Assembly (NCBI GenBank): GCA_964554965.1
Contig: CAZKQR010000002.1
Location: 1-32,099, forward strand
Reading direction: 5' to 3'
Source: an uncultured Cytophagia bacterium
GTDB taxonomy: Bacteria; Zhuqueibacterota; Zhuqueibacteria; Residuimicrobiales; Residuimicrobiaceae
DNA length: 32,099 nucleotides
The notes beneath the pieces are model-generated. The model made no database searches. It had not been told where the DNA came from and saw only the letters and a list, made by a program, of their open reading frames with translations. Positions within the stretch are counted from its first letter, which is position 1; each line of letters starts with the position of its first letter. A program made the translations under genes and the position numbers. Positions 1-9,522 of this stretch are shown here, piece by piece.

Positions 1-398
1 GGGGCTGAGATGATGGAGGCTGTTTTTTTTCCGGCAAAGGCAAAGGCCTCGCGCCAGGAATAAAAATGGTTGCCCTTCAAATGCATATAGGTTGCGCGCG
101 CGACCGCGGTATTCGTATACAGAAAGGCGATCAGCAGCGCCAGAACACCCAAGCCCCAGAGCAGCCAGGCGTACCATGGCGCGCTGCTCTGCACGCCGGG
201 CAGACAGGGCAACAGCCCATGGCTTTTCCAGACCTCATGGATCGAAGCGCCTTGCGCCATCAGCGCAGCGTAGCTGAACGCCAGATAGGTGAGATAGCCG
301 CTCCCGGTTCCCAGCCATTGAACCCAAATCCGTTGGAGGCTGAACGCCAGCCGCGGCGCTCTCAGCAGATCGTGTACATCAAACCGTAACGTTTGCAT
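1..398 (-). CDS. hypothetical integral membrane protein, N-terminal part (gene continues beyond the left edge)
   Basis: Absent from the ORF track because no stop lies in the window. My own translation of the minus strand from ATG 398-396 stays open to nt 1 (MQTLRFDVHDLLRAPRLAFSLQRIWVQWLGTGSGYLTYLAFSYAALMAQ...APWYAWLLWGLGVLALLIAFLY...). GGAGGA Shine-Dalgarno at 408-403, 4 nt before the ATG. Two helix-length hydrophobic stretches. The + strand ORFs 66-389 and 92-277 are R/Q/P-rich antisense shadows. No family recognised. Confidence 0.55.
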   Translation of the reverse strand, partial: MQTLRFDVHDLLRAPRLAFSLQRIWVQWLGTGSGYLTYLAFSYAALMAQGASIHEVWKSHGLLPCLPGVQSSAPWYAWLLWGLGVLALLIAFLYTNTAVARATYMHLKGNHFYSWREAFAFAGKKTASIISA

Positions 399-460
399 GT
401 CTTCCTCCACGACTAAACAGCCGTTGCCCGCATAGAGCAGGATAGTTAAATTAGGGGATT

Positions 461-919
461 TTATCCTTTGTTGTCAAGTGGTTTTCTGCTCAGCTTTGCC
501 AGGGCCCGGTTTTCCAGCCGGTGCATGCGCCGCCGCTGATCTTCGCTGTCGTCGTCATGGCCGAGCAGGTGCAGGACTCCGTGCGCGGTCAGGCGCAGCA
601 CCTCCGCCTGCAGGGAGACGCTGTACGCCTTGGCCTGTTTCTCCGCCACCGGCATGCAGACATAGATCTCGCCCTGGAGAAAACCCGGTCCCGTGGAATA
701 GTTCAGCGAGATCACATCCGTGAGGCGGCGGGCGCTGAAATGACGGCGCCCGAGTTTGCGAATGGACTCGCCATCCACCCAGTACAGGTCGAGGTGATAG
801 TTGGTCCAGCGCCGATTTGCATTCAGCAGGTTGCGCACCAGCCGGCGTACCGTGCCTTCGTTCATCGTCCACCCGGTCTGCGGCCAGATATCAACTCTGC
901 GCAGGATTTTCGTCTTCAT
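461..919 (-). CDS. ybeY: rRNA maturation endoribonuclease YbeY
   Basis: ORF 461-967. It carries the zinc-binding H-x3-H-x5-H motif of the YbeY family (HGVLHLLGHDD). I place the start at the internal ATG 919 (MKTKILRR...) because the 16 upstream R/P/K-rich codons overlap the end of the preceding gene. Conserved phoH / HD-membrane protein / ybeY gene order. Confidence 0.9.
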   Translation of the reverse strand: MKTKILRRVDIWPQTGWTMNEGTVRRLVRNLLNANRRWTNYHLDLYWVDGESIRKLGRRHFSARRLTDVISLNYSTGPGFLQGEIYVCMPVAEKQAKAYSVSLQAEVLRLTAHGVLHLLGHDDDSEDQRRRMHRLENRALAKLSRKPLDNKG

Positions 920-3218
920 GTTTTTCCTCTGCGCCCGCCTGCAACGCGGCGGTTTTGGGATATTCAATACGGCGATGAAACAGACCGTTTAATATTTTCT
1001 GAAAGGACAGCGATATTTTTGTCAGATCCTGCAGCGTCAACGGCGACTCGTCCAATTCACCGCTCTTAAAGCGCTCGTCGATCATGTGATCCACCATCTG
1101 CTTGATGCGGCTGGGCGACGGTTCTTTCAGCGTCCGTGAGGTCGCCTCCACGGCGTCCGCAAGCATGACGATGGCGGTCTCTTTGGTCTGCGGCCGCGGG
1201 CCCGTGTAGCGGAATTCGGTGTCGGAGACATACTCGCCTTTGTTCTGTTCCACCGCTTTTTGATAGAAAAAGCTCATCAGGCTGGTGCCGTGATGTTGCT
1301 CGATGAATGCCTCCACCACTTGAGGGAGGCGCAGAGTGCGCGCCATTTCACTGCCCTTGCGGACATGGTTGAGCAGAACCAGTGAACTCATCGTCGGCGT
1401 CAATTTTTCCTGCGGATTGCGGCCGCGGGCCTGGTTCTCGACAAAATATTCGGGCTTTTCCATCTTGCCGATGTCGTGATAATAGGCGCCCACCCGAGCC
1501 AGCAGACCGTTGCCGCCGATGGCCTCGGCCGCTGCCTCGGCCAGATTCCCGACCATCAGGCTGTGATGGTAGGTGCCCGGCGCCTGCAGCGCCAGCTGCC
1601 GCATCAGCGGGTGGTTCAAATCCGACAGCTCGAGCAACGTCATGTCCGTGGTCCTGTTGAACAGATATTCCAGAATCATGATCAGGCCGTAGGCAAAGAT
1701 GGGCGCCAGAAAGCCGTTGATCAGGCCGTAGCCCAGGTCCCGGGAGATCTCTTTGATGGACAGATAATTCAGATAGTCCTGCACCAGGATGGCGACCACA
1801 TAGGCGGCCATGACCGCGGCCATGGTGCTCAGGATCCAGCGCCGTGAACGGACGCGGCTGGAGGAGAGCATGGCGAACAGGGAGACGAAGAACGAAATAA
1901 AGGTGATGTCGTACTCATGACCGCGCATGGCGCCCATCAGCAGATTGATGGTGACGGCATAGGCCAGGGCCACCGGAATGTCGAAAAAAACAACCACGAT
2001 GATCACGCCCATGGTGACCGGCGCCACGAGCGCCGGCAGACTCAACTCATTGGCCAGAAACACCACCAGCCCGGTGAGCAGAATGGTGACGCCGAGGAGC
2101 AGCAGTTGCTTGGGCCGGTCAAAGATCTCCCGGCGGACCTTGTAAAGAAACGCGATGAGGATGATCAACAGCAGCAGGGTGAAAAAAAAGTTGCCGATGC
2201 TGTAGGAGAATCGCGACCACAGGCCGGAGGCCTCCTTGCGCTCGATGCGCGCCTGCGTCAGTGAATTGAGCTTGTCGATGTGCTCCAGGCTGATGCGTTG
2301 ATGGCTGTCGATGATCCGTTCGCCGGCGAGCACCTGGTCCTTGGCCAGCGGCACATTGGCCACTGCCTCCTCCTGCCGCTGAATGGTTTCCGCGGCGTTG
2401 TAGAACAGATTGGGCGCCAAAAAATGAACGGCGATCTTGTAGGCCAATCGGGCCATGTTCTCGTTCAAATCCGAGTCGGCGCGCAACTGCTCGAGAAAGC
2501 GCGCCTGTACCTCCAGCGGGCCTCGGTAATAGTTGGCGTCCTCCAGCATCTCACCGGTGTTCGAGCGGACCGAGATCTTGCTCGACTGCGTGGCCAGGCT
2601 GTTCTTTTCCACATTGAGAATGCCGGCGCTGAACATCTCCTTGAGCAACGGCAGCACCACCGCCTGTATCGAGCGGGATAAAGCCAGCCGCGTGGAGAGA
2701 ACGCCGTTGAGGTTTTCCACGGCGCCGGAGGCCACCGGATTGATCAGCACGGAAAGGTCGTCGACAGCCAAAGCCACGCCGTTCTTTTCAAAAAAGCCGC
2801 GCAGCTCTTCCCCGGTGAGGGAGGGCTTTTTCAGCTGCTCATGCAACTGGACGAAAAGCCGTTCCGCCGCATGCGTCTGCACCGCTGCGATGCTGCTGTC
2901 GCGCTGAAACACCGGCGCGATCGAAGAGCGAGCCTGGGCGACATCGGCGGTATATTCGAGGCTGCTCTTGTTGACCGGAAAGGTGTAGGGCGCAATGATC
3001 TCGGGGCCGACATACACCTTGCCCTCGCGCAGATCCCCGTATTGAAACTTTGCGGTTCCCGGGAACAGCAGGGTGATGAGCACCGACAACAGCAGCACGC
3101 CGTATATCTGCCGCTGATAGCGGAAGAACCAGGTCTGATCGCCTTTATTCGCATACAAGCCCGGGGGTTCCTGCGATTCATTGATCATCCGTTCCAGTCG
3201 TCGGCGCATGGCGTTCAT
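891..3218 (-). CDS. 7TM-receptor HD-domain membrane phosphohydrolase (PgpH/YqfF-like, HDIG)
   Basis: 775-aa ORF. N-terminal signal-anchor helix, large extracytoplasmic region, a block of about seven hydrophobic helices in the middle, and a C-terminal HD domain (HHSLMVGNLAEAAAE, YYHDIGK, EQHHGT). ATGA start/stop overlap with phoH at 3215-3218 indicates translational coupling. Confidence 0.9.
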   Translation of the reverse strand: MNAMRRRLERMINESQEPPGLYANKGDQTWFFRYQRQIYGVLLLSVLITLLFPGTAKFQYGDLREGKVYVGPEIIAPYTFPVNKSSLEYTADVAQARSSIAPVFQRDSSIAAVQTHAAERLFVQLHEQLKKPSLTGEELRGFFEKNGVALAVDDLSVLINPVASGAVENLNGVLSTRLALSRSIQAVVLPLLKEMFSAGILNVEKNSLATQSSKISVRSNTGEMLEDANYYRGPLEVQARFLEQLRADSDLNENMARLAYKIAVHFLAPNLFYNAAETIQRQEEAVANVPLAKDQVLAGERIIDSHQRISLEHIDKLNSLTQARIERKEASGLWSRFSYSIGNFFFTLLLLIILIAFLYKVRREIFDRPKQLLLLGVTILLTGLVVFLANELSLPALVAPVTMGVIIVVVFFDIPVALAYAVTINLLMGAMRGHEYDITFISFFVSLFAMLSSSRVRSRRWILSTMAAVMAAYVVAILVQDYLNYLSIKEISRDLGYGLINGFLAPIFAYGLIMILEYLFNRTTDMTLLELSDLNHPLMRQLALQAPGTYHHSLMVGNLAEAAAEAIGGNGLLARVGAYYHDIGKMEKPEYFVENQARGRNPQEKLTPTMSSLVLLNHVRKGSEMARTLRLPQVVEAFIEQHHGTSLMSFFYQKAVEQNKGEYVSDTEFRYTGPRPQTKETAIVMLADAVEATSRTLKEPSPSRIKQMVDHMIDERFKSGELDESPLTLQDLTKISLSFQKILNGLFHRRIEYPKTAALQAGAEEKHEDENPAQS

Positions 3219-4267
3219 TCGGACTCTCCCGGCTTGCTGCGGCCGTTGGCGCTGTTCTTTTCATAGGCCTTGATGATCTTGCGAACCAGGGGCTGACGAA
3301 CGACATCGCGATCCGACAGATAGGCAAAGCCGATGCCTTCGATCCCGCGGAGAATGCTCTGGATCTGCACCAGACCGGATTCGGTCTTGTCCGGTAGATC
3401 AATCTGGGTGATGTCGCCGGTGATGATGGCCTTGGAATTATTGCCCAGGCGGGTGAGAAACATCTTCATCTGCAGCGATGTGGTGTTCTGCGCCTCATCG
3501 AGAATGACAAACGCGTTATTGAGCGTGCGGCCGCGCATATAGGCCAGCGGCACGATTTCGATGACGCGGGTTTCCAAAAGCCGCTTCAGTTTGTCGGCGG
3601 GCGCCATATCGTACAACGCGTCGTACAACGGCCGCAGGTAAGGATCGACTTTTTCGCGGAAATCGCCGGGCAGAAAACCGAGGCTCTCTCCCGCCTCCAC
3701 CGCCGGACGGCAGAGGGCGATGCGTTCCACCAGTTTATCCCGCAGGGCGGCCATGGCCACGGCGACCGCCATGAACGTTTTACCGGTGCCGGCCGGACCA
3801 ATAGCGAAGACGATGTCGTTTTGCCGGCAGATGGCCAAATAAGCCTGCTGCCCCTCGGTCCGGGGCTTGATCAAACCGTTGCGTGTGTAGACGATCACCT
3901 GATCGCTGTCCGCGGACTCGCTCTGCTCTCTGGTCTTGGACGCCAGATCGGTCACCCGGGAGACTGCGAGTATGTCGTCGGAAGAGATCAGGCCGTTGCG
4001 GTTGGCCAGATAGATCAGTTCCTGCAGCACCTTTTCCGCGCGATGCACCTGAGCTTCCATCCCGCGCAGAATGATCTCCTGACCGCGGGCGATGATCTGC
4101 GCGTCCAGCTCCTCTTCCAGCAGGCGAAGGTGGCTGTCCCGCATTCCGAACAGAATCAGGGGATCGATGCCTTTGAGGACTATTCGGCGTTCGTAATCGC
4201 CTTCCACACCTTTTTTTGCTGTCACAGTTCGGGTTCTCACCTCGGGTTCATCAGGGTATCGGCTCAA
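3215..4267 (-). CDS. phoH: PhoH-family ATPase (PhoH/YbeZ-like)
   Basis: 350-aa ORF with Walker A GPAGTGKTF, Walker B ILDEAQN and the PhoH signature ITGDITQIDLP. Start uncertain: the longest ORF begins at TTG 4267, and GTG 4225 (VTAKKG...) is preceded by GAGGTGA at a plausible spacing. Confidence 0.9.
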   Translation of the reverse strand: MSRYPDEPEVRTRTVTAKKGVEGDYERRIVLKGIDPLILFGMRDSHLRLLEEELDAQIIARGQEIILRGMEAQVHRAEKVLQELIYLANRNGLISSDDILAVSRVTDLASKTREQSESADSDQVIVYTRNGLIKPRTEGQQAYLAICRQNDIVFAIGPAGTGKTFMAVAVAMAALRDKLVERIALCRPAVEAGESLGFLPGDFREKVDPYLRPLYDALYDMAPADKLKRLLETRVIEIVPLAYMRGRTLNNAFVILDEAQNTTSLQMKMFLTRLGNNSKAIITGDITQIDLPDKTESGLVQIQSILRGIEGIGFAYLSDRDVVRQPLVRKIIKAYEKNSANGRSKPGESE

Positions 4268-4312
4268 CAGGCCGTGCGTGCGCCGCGCGGCAGGCCGCCG
4301 GGTGCACAGGGC

Positions 4313-4359
4313 TTAAAAAAAAACTCTCGATCCGGTTGTCGAACAACCCGGATCGAGAG
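4313..4359 (-). terminator. Rho-independent terminator of the lipoprotein/LysM unit
   Basis: On the minus strand: CUCUCGAUCCGG(G)UUG-UUCGA-CAACCGGAUCGAGAG, about 15 bp with one bulged G, followed directly by U9 (A-run 4315-4323 on +). It lies ~120 nt downstream of the LysM gene stop, which leaves a long 3' UTR. Confidence 0.65.
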
Positions 4360-4482
4360 TCACCTTTTATACAGCTTCCGGTCGCCACATCACCGAGTTC
4401 CATACGGTTCTGCCGTTTTGCGTTTCGAATCCGTTCAAGCCTTCGAAGAACGCCCGGATGCTGCCGGAAATGATCAAAGCGA

Positions 4483-5331
4483 TCAGCGCGGAATCACCAG
4501 CACCGTGTACGGATACAGGCGGGCGGGATTGCCGCCGATGATGGCTTTATTCTTTTCGTACAGCTTGGTCCACTTGGTCGGATCACCGAACACTTTGGGG
4601 TTCGAAGCGATCTTTTTCAGATAATCACCCTTGGCAACCAGATATTCATCCGGTCCGCATTCGCGATGAATCTTGAAGACCTGTTTCGGATAGATCAAGT
4701 CGGGATCTTTGATCTGATCTTTGTTATACGAATAGATGCGCATCCACTGATAGGGATTCGCATAGATATCCTTTTTGCCCGCGATCTTCCACAAATAATC
4801 GCCGACCACCACGGTATAGTTGTCGTACATGGCCTTCGGCATCTTGTTTTTGATCTGGGTGATTTTGCCCTCGATGGAAGCGATCAGATTCTGCATCTCC
4901 GTCAGGACGGAGATCTTGTTCTTTTTGGCTTCCGCCAGTTTGGCTTCCAACGCCGCCACTTCATCACTCCGTTTGAACAGCTCTTCCGGCGACAGGGCCA
5001 ACAGGCCGTCCGCCTGGCTGTCCAGCGCTTTCAACATGTTGCGATACGCATCTACACTGGCTTGGTCGGTGCCGATCATCTTGAGGATTTCGCCCCAGAT
5101 TTTTTCTGTTTCGGCGGTAATGCCGGCCAGTTCAGTTTTTAACGCGGCAACGCTTGATGCACATTCCTCAACTGCTTTCTTTGCATTGGCCTCTCTGGTC
5201 TGCCAGTCTTTGAGTTGAGCATTGTACTCATCCATGCTCATCTTTTCTTGTGCAGTCGCATAGGAACCCGAAAGCATCGTAAAGGAAAGCGCAAGCGTCA
5301 GAATAAGCAAAACTTTGCTGGAGAACTTCAT
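4483..5331 (-). CDS. secreted coiled-coil protein with two C-terminal LysM peptidoglycan-binding domains
   Basis: 282-aa ORF. Sec signal peptide (MKFSSKVLLILTLALSFTMLSGSYATA/QE), ~150 aa of heptad-like A/E/K/L-rich sequence, then two LysM repeats (YTVVVGDYLWKIAGK...IYPKQVFKI and YLVAKGDYLKKIASN...LYPYTVLVIP). Confidence 0.85.
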   Translation of the reverse strand: MKFSSKVLLILTLALSFTMLSGSYATAQEKMSMDEYNAQLKDWQTREANAKKAVEECASSVAALKTELAGITAETEKIWGEILKMIGTDQASVDAYRNMLKALDSQADGLLALSPEELFKRSDEVAALEAKLAEAKKNKISVLTEMQNLIASIEGKITQIKNKMPKAMYDNYTVVVGDYLWKIAGKKDIYANPYQWMRIYSYNKDQIKDPDLIYPKQVFKIHRECGPDEYLVAKGDYLKKIASNPKVFGDPTKWTKLYEKNKAIIGGNPARLYPYTVLVIPR

Positions 5332-5373
5332 TGACTCCCTCCGTAAAGGTTTAATTCAGACTCTTGTTCCCAA

Positions 5374-5646
5374 TTACCATGCAGCCAGTCTTTTCGCCAC
5401 ATCTACTTTTTCCTGCTTCATCGTTTCGAGCTTTTGTTTCGCTTCCGCTAACTGAGCTTGCAGCTTGGCTTTATCGCTGCTGCAGTCGGCGGCCTTTGTC
5501 TCGGCGGACAGGGCTGCGGCTTTGGCATCCTCTAATGCCTTCAGTTGCTTCTCATTGGGATGTTTGCTGCACCCAACGATCACCAATGCGACCAAAAGAA
5601 CAACGAATACGGCTAGCCGTATGCTGGTGGTGGAGAATCGCTTCAT
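5374..5646 (-). CDS. small coiled-coil lipoprotein
   Basis: ORF 5374-5649. The track start is TTG, and ATG 5646 follows AGGAGG by ~10 nt. Signal peptide with lipobox LVIVGC, then ~65 aa of A/K/E/L/Q-rich helix (KQLKALEDAKAAALSAETKAA...KLQAQLAEAKQKLETMKQ). Confidence 0.7.
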   Translation of the reverse strand: MKRFSTTSIRLAVFVVLLVALVIVGCSKHPNEKQLKALEDAKAAALSAETKAADCSSDKAKLQAQLAEAKQKLETMKQEKVDVAKRLAAW

Positions 5647-5781
5647 CAAGGCTACACCTCCTTTCGCATGAACTGCTCGTACCTTCTATTGCTACGGTGA
5701 TAAAAGATTTTTGCGTGGTATCCCCATTTACCATCCAGACACACTAACACCGTAAGAATAAGCGGTATCTCTCCTTGATCC

Positions 5782-5810
5782 ATTTTAAGAAAAAATTGGG
5801 TAATTGTCAA
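5782..5810 (-). promoter_or_regulatory. sigma70-type promoter for the lipoprotein/LysM unit
   Basis: Minus strand reads TTGACA (5810-5805), an exact 17-nt spacer (ATTACCCAATTTTTTCT), then TAAAAT (5787-5782). It sits in an AT-rich island. The implied leader to the ATG at 5646 is ~125 nt. Confidence 0.5.
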
Positions 5811-5824
5811 GAATATTCGTGTTT

Positions 5825-5852
5825 ATCAAACCCCTTTTTGCCCAAAAAGAGG
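5825..5852 (-). terminator. weak candidate terminator downstream of aspS
   Basis: Minus strand: CCUCUUUUU-GGGC-AAAAAGGGG (9 bp including one G-U pair), starting 9 nt after the aspS stop. It is followed only by UUUGAU, so the U-tract is poor. Confidence 0.3.
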
Positions 5853-5861
5853 AGAAAAACG

Positions 5862-7622
<1,761 letters not shown>

Positions 7623-7644
7623 ACTATTTTCTCACTTTTGATCA

Positions 7645-7677
7645 TAAATAAAAAAATGTCAGGTGGAAGCACCTGAC
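7645..7677 (-). terminator. Rho-independent terminator ending the TPR/ExbBD/TonB-like operon
   Basis: Minus strand: GUCAGGUG-CUUC-CACCUGAC (perfect 8 bp, 7677-7658) followed by AUUUUUUUAUUUAU (7657-7645). Confidence 0.7.
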
Positions 7678-7781
7678 CGCTTGCTTGTCTTTCGCTGATC
7701 CGCATGAGACAGCCGGGATGGGAGCAAAAGCTGAAGGGGTGCGCGACCGCGCCCAGGGTGCGGGGCGACGCTGCGGCCTTG

Positions 7782-8828
7782 TTAAAAACCGAAGGTATAA
7801 ACCTGGCGGAAAACGGCGTTGCCCAACCGCTCATCGATGGCGCCGAAATCATCCCATCGTGAAACTCGGGACAGGATGCAGCGTTCCACGTTTTCATTGT
7901 CGAGCGTCGAGGAGAGGATCGTCGCGTTGGTCACCGTGCCGTTGGGGAGGATGGTGAACCGCACGACCACCTTGCCCTTCAATTCGGGATTGCGTTTCAG
8001 CTCCCGTTCATAACAATACTGGATCGCCTGACTGTGGCTATAGACGATGGCCGACACCTCGTTGACGTCGCGCGCGCCGGCGACGGATCCGCCGCCGCCC
8101 TGCAGATGGCTCTCTTCGGTGAGAGGCGCCAGCTCGACGGTCTCGATGTCGCTTTTGCGGGTCACCACCGAACCGGAGCCCGCTCCGCCGGCAGACCCGC
8201 TGCGCGCGCCAATGCCGGGACCGGAGATCAGGTCGTGACTGTTGACGCCGCTGGTGGTGGTGCGGCCTCCACGCACGCCGGCGACGCCCGCTGTTCCGGC
8301 CGCCGTGCCGCTACTCCGGGTGGACCGGCCGCTTGCGGCCAACCGGTCGACGTTGTCAAACACCTGATCAAAGGCCTGAGAGGCTTGACCTTCGCTGGCC
8401 ACCACATCGCTTACCGTTTGATCCTGCGCCTGTCGGCTTCCAGTGGTAAGGATGGCCAACAGCCCCTGACCGCTGACCTCTGCCTCCGCCTGACCCACGG
8501 CCCCGCCGCCGGGTCCGGACGGCAGCCTCAGGCTGGAGCCGCCTCCAGCTGCGCCGCCGGACGTTCGCGTTGCTGCAGAGGAAACACCGCTCCGCTGCTC
8601 CGCGGAGCTCGGGCCTCCTGCCGCCGGCCGCCGTGCGGCGAGCGGCGCCCTTTTCCTCTGCACATCCACAGGCAGGTTCTCGATCATTCGATTGGCGATG
8701 CGCACCGTCTGCTCCTCCCGGTCCAGCACCAGCCGCGCGTAGCGGTCCTGAATGGTGCGGATCGTGCTGTCGGGCACGGTCACCGGCGGCGGATTGAACA
8801 GGAAATAGAGGACAAACGCCACATGCAA
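7782..8828 (-). CDS. TonB-like energy-transducer protein with AgmX/PglI-type C-terminal domain (5' end unresolved)
   Basis: 348-aa ORF from TTG 8828. Partial N-terminal hydrophobic helix, PPPV, a long Gly/Ser/Ala/Thr-rich low-complexity linker, and a C-terminal domain IQYCYERELKRNPELKGKVVVRFTILPNGTV...VERCILSRVSRW with two conserved-looking Cys. I recognise this domain as the TonB-related AgmX/PglI tail. The frame stays open upstream to 8933 and encodes the rest of the TM helix (see findings), so the true start is probably upstream of 8828. Confidence 0.8.
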   Translation of the reverse strand: MHVAFVLYFLFNPPPVTVPDSTIRTIQDRYARLVLDREEQTVRIANRMIENLPVDVQRKRAPLAARRPAAGGPSSAEQRSGVSSAATRTSGGAAGGGSSLRLPSGPGGGAVGQAEAEVSGQGLLAILTTGSRQAQDQTVSDVVASEGQASQAFDQVFDNVDRLAASGRSTRSSGTAAGTAGVAGVRGGRTTTSGVNSHDLISGPGIGARSGSAGGAGSGSVVTRKSDIETVELAPLTEESHLQGGGGSVAGARDVNEVSAIVYSHSQAIQYCYERELKRNPELKGKVVVRFTILPNGTVTNATILSSTLDNENVERCILSRVSRWDDFGAIDERLGNAVFRQVYTFGF

Positions 8829-9004
8829 AACAAACGAGGCAGACAGAATGAGCAGAAACTCGCGATCCAGTTCCTCAAACGGCTTTCGATAATATTTTTC
8901 CGGCAGGGCAGCGACCGTAAAAAAACTCCTCGGCTAATCACTCTCAGGCGCTCAGGTCGAGCGGCAGATCTCTTCGGCACGAAGCGTCGGACAAACCGCA
9001 ACGC

Positions 9005-9502
9005 TTATCCGCCTTTTTGATACACCACCAAACGCATGTTGGGAAACTCGGAACGGCCGCAGGTGGCCATCACCTTGAGCAAAGTGTTGAAGGGCAGCTT
9101 TTGATCGCCCTGAATGGTGACCTTGCCGGTGAACTTGATGCCATAGCTCTCTTCCATCTTTTTGGCCTCCTGCGCATACTTTTGCAGTGCCTCATACAAC
9201 CGGGGGATCAGCAGATCAGACTGGCTCGCCAGATTGCTCAACCGCTCCACCGGTTTTTCATTGACCAGGATCCACTCTTTAGATACGGTCACGTCCAACG
9301 CCACCTCCGGCAGCTGTTCGCTGGTGGATTTAGGCAGGGTCAGGTCCTGAGAGGGATGGGTCAATTGGCCCTCGATGTTGTAGCTTTTGATCAAGAACAC
9401 CAGAATGATGGTAAACATGTCCATCATGGAGGTGAGGTTCAACGCCACTTTGGTCTGACCGCCGGTGTTGTGCCGCTTGATGCGTGACGGTATAAAAGCC
9501 AT
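9005..9502 (-). CDS. ExbD/TolR-family biopolymer transport protein (paralog with the canonical TM Asp)
   Basis: 165-aa ORF. Short basic N-terminus, one TM helix LNLTSMMDMFTIILVFLI with Asp28 at the ExbD D25 / TolR D23 position, and a periplasmic domain ending ...FPNMRLVVYQKGG. Confidence 0.9.
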   Translation of the reverse strand: MAFIPSRIKRHNTGGQTKVALNLTSMMDMFTIILVFLIKSYNIEGQLTHPSQDLTLPKSTSEQLPEVALDVTVSKEWILVNEKPVERLSNLASQSDLLIPRLYEALQKYAQEAKKMEESYGIKFTGKVTIQGDQKLPFNTLLKVMATCGRSEFPNMRLVVYQKGG

Positions 9503-9522
9503 AGGGGGTACCTAATCGATTT

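Noticed and set aside
66-389. + strand ORFs 66-389 and 92-277 at the left edge
   Set aside because: The minus strand carries an edge-truncated ORF with a GGAGGA ribosome-binding site and hydrophobic helices. The + ORFs are R/Q/P-rich shadows.
920-967. N-terminal extensions given by the longest-ORF rule for ybeY (920-967), parA (29094-29198), atpB (25388-25525), atpD (20717-20731) and the ExbB-like gene (10713-10733)
   Set aside because: In each case an internal ATG gives the family-typical N-terminus. It is also preceded by a GGAGG-like site or forms an ATGA/TTGA overlap with the upstream gene. The extensions are basic/proline-rich or run into promoter or upstream coding sequence.
5552-5734. 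60-aa minus-strand ORF starting in the lipoprotein leader and overlapping the lipoprotein gene out of frame
   Set aside because: It has no Shine-Dalgarno sequence, and its composition is odd (C/R/H/S-rich). It overlaps a gene that has a clear lipobox and a strong ribosome-binding site.
7623-7781. T-box riboswitch upstream of aspS
   Set aside because: The leader is too short (~160 nt) and lacks the conserved T-box sequence (AGGGUGGUACCGCG-like) and specifier-loop architecture. Only a plain terminator hairpin is visible.
8034-9020. 328-aa + strand ORF opposite the TonB-like gene and the end of the ExbD gene
   Set aside because: Antisense to the Gly/Ser/Ala-rich linker, so GC-rich repeats keep the frame open. 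No start context or motifs.
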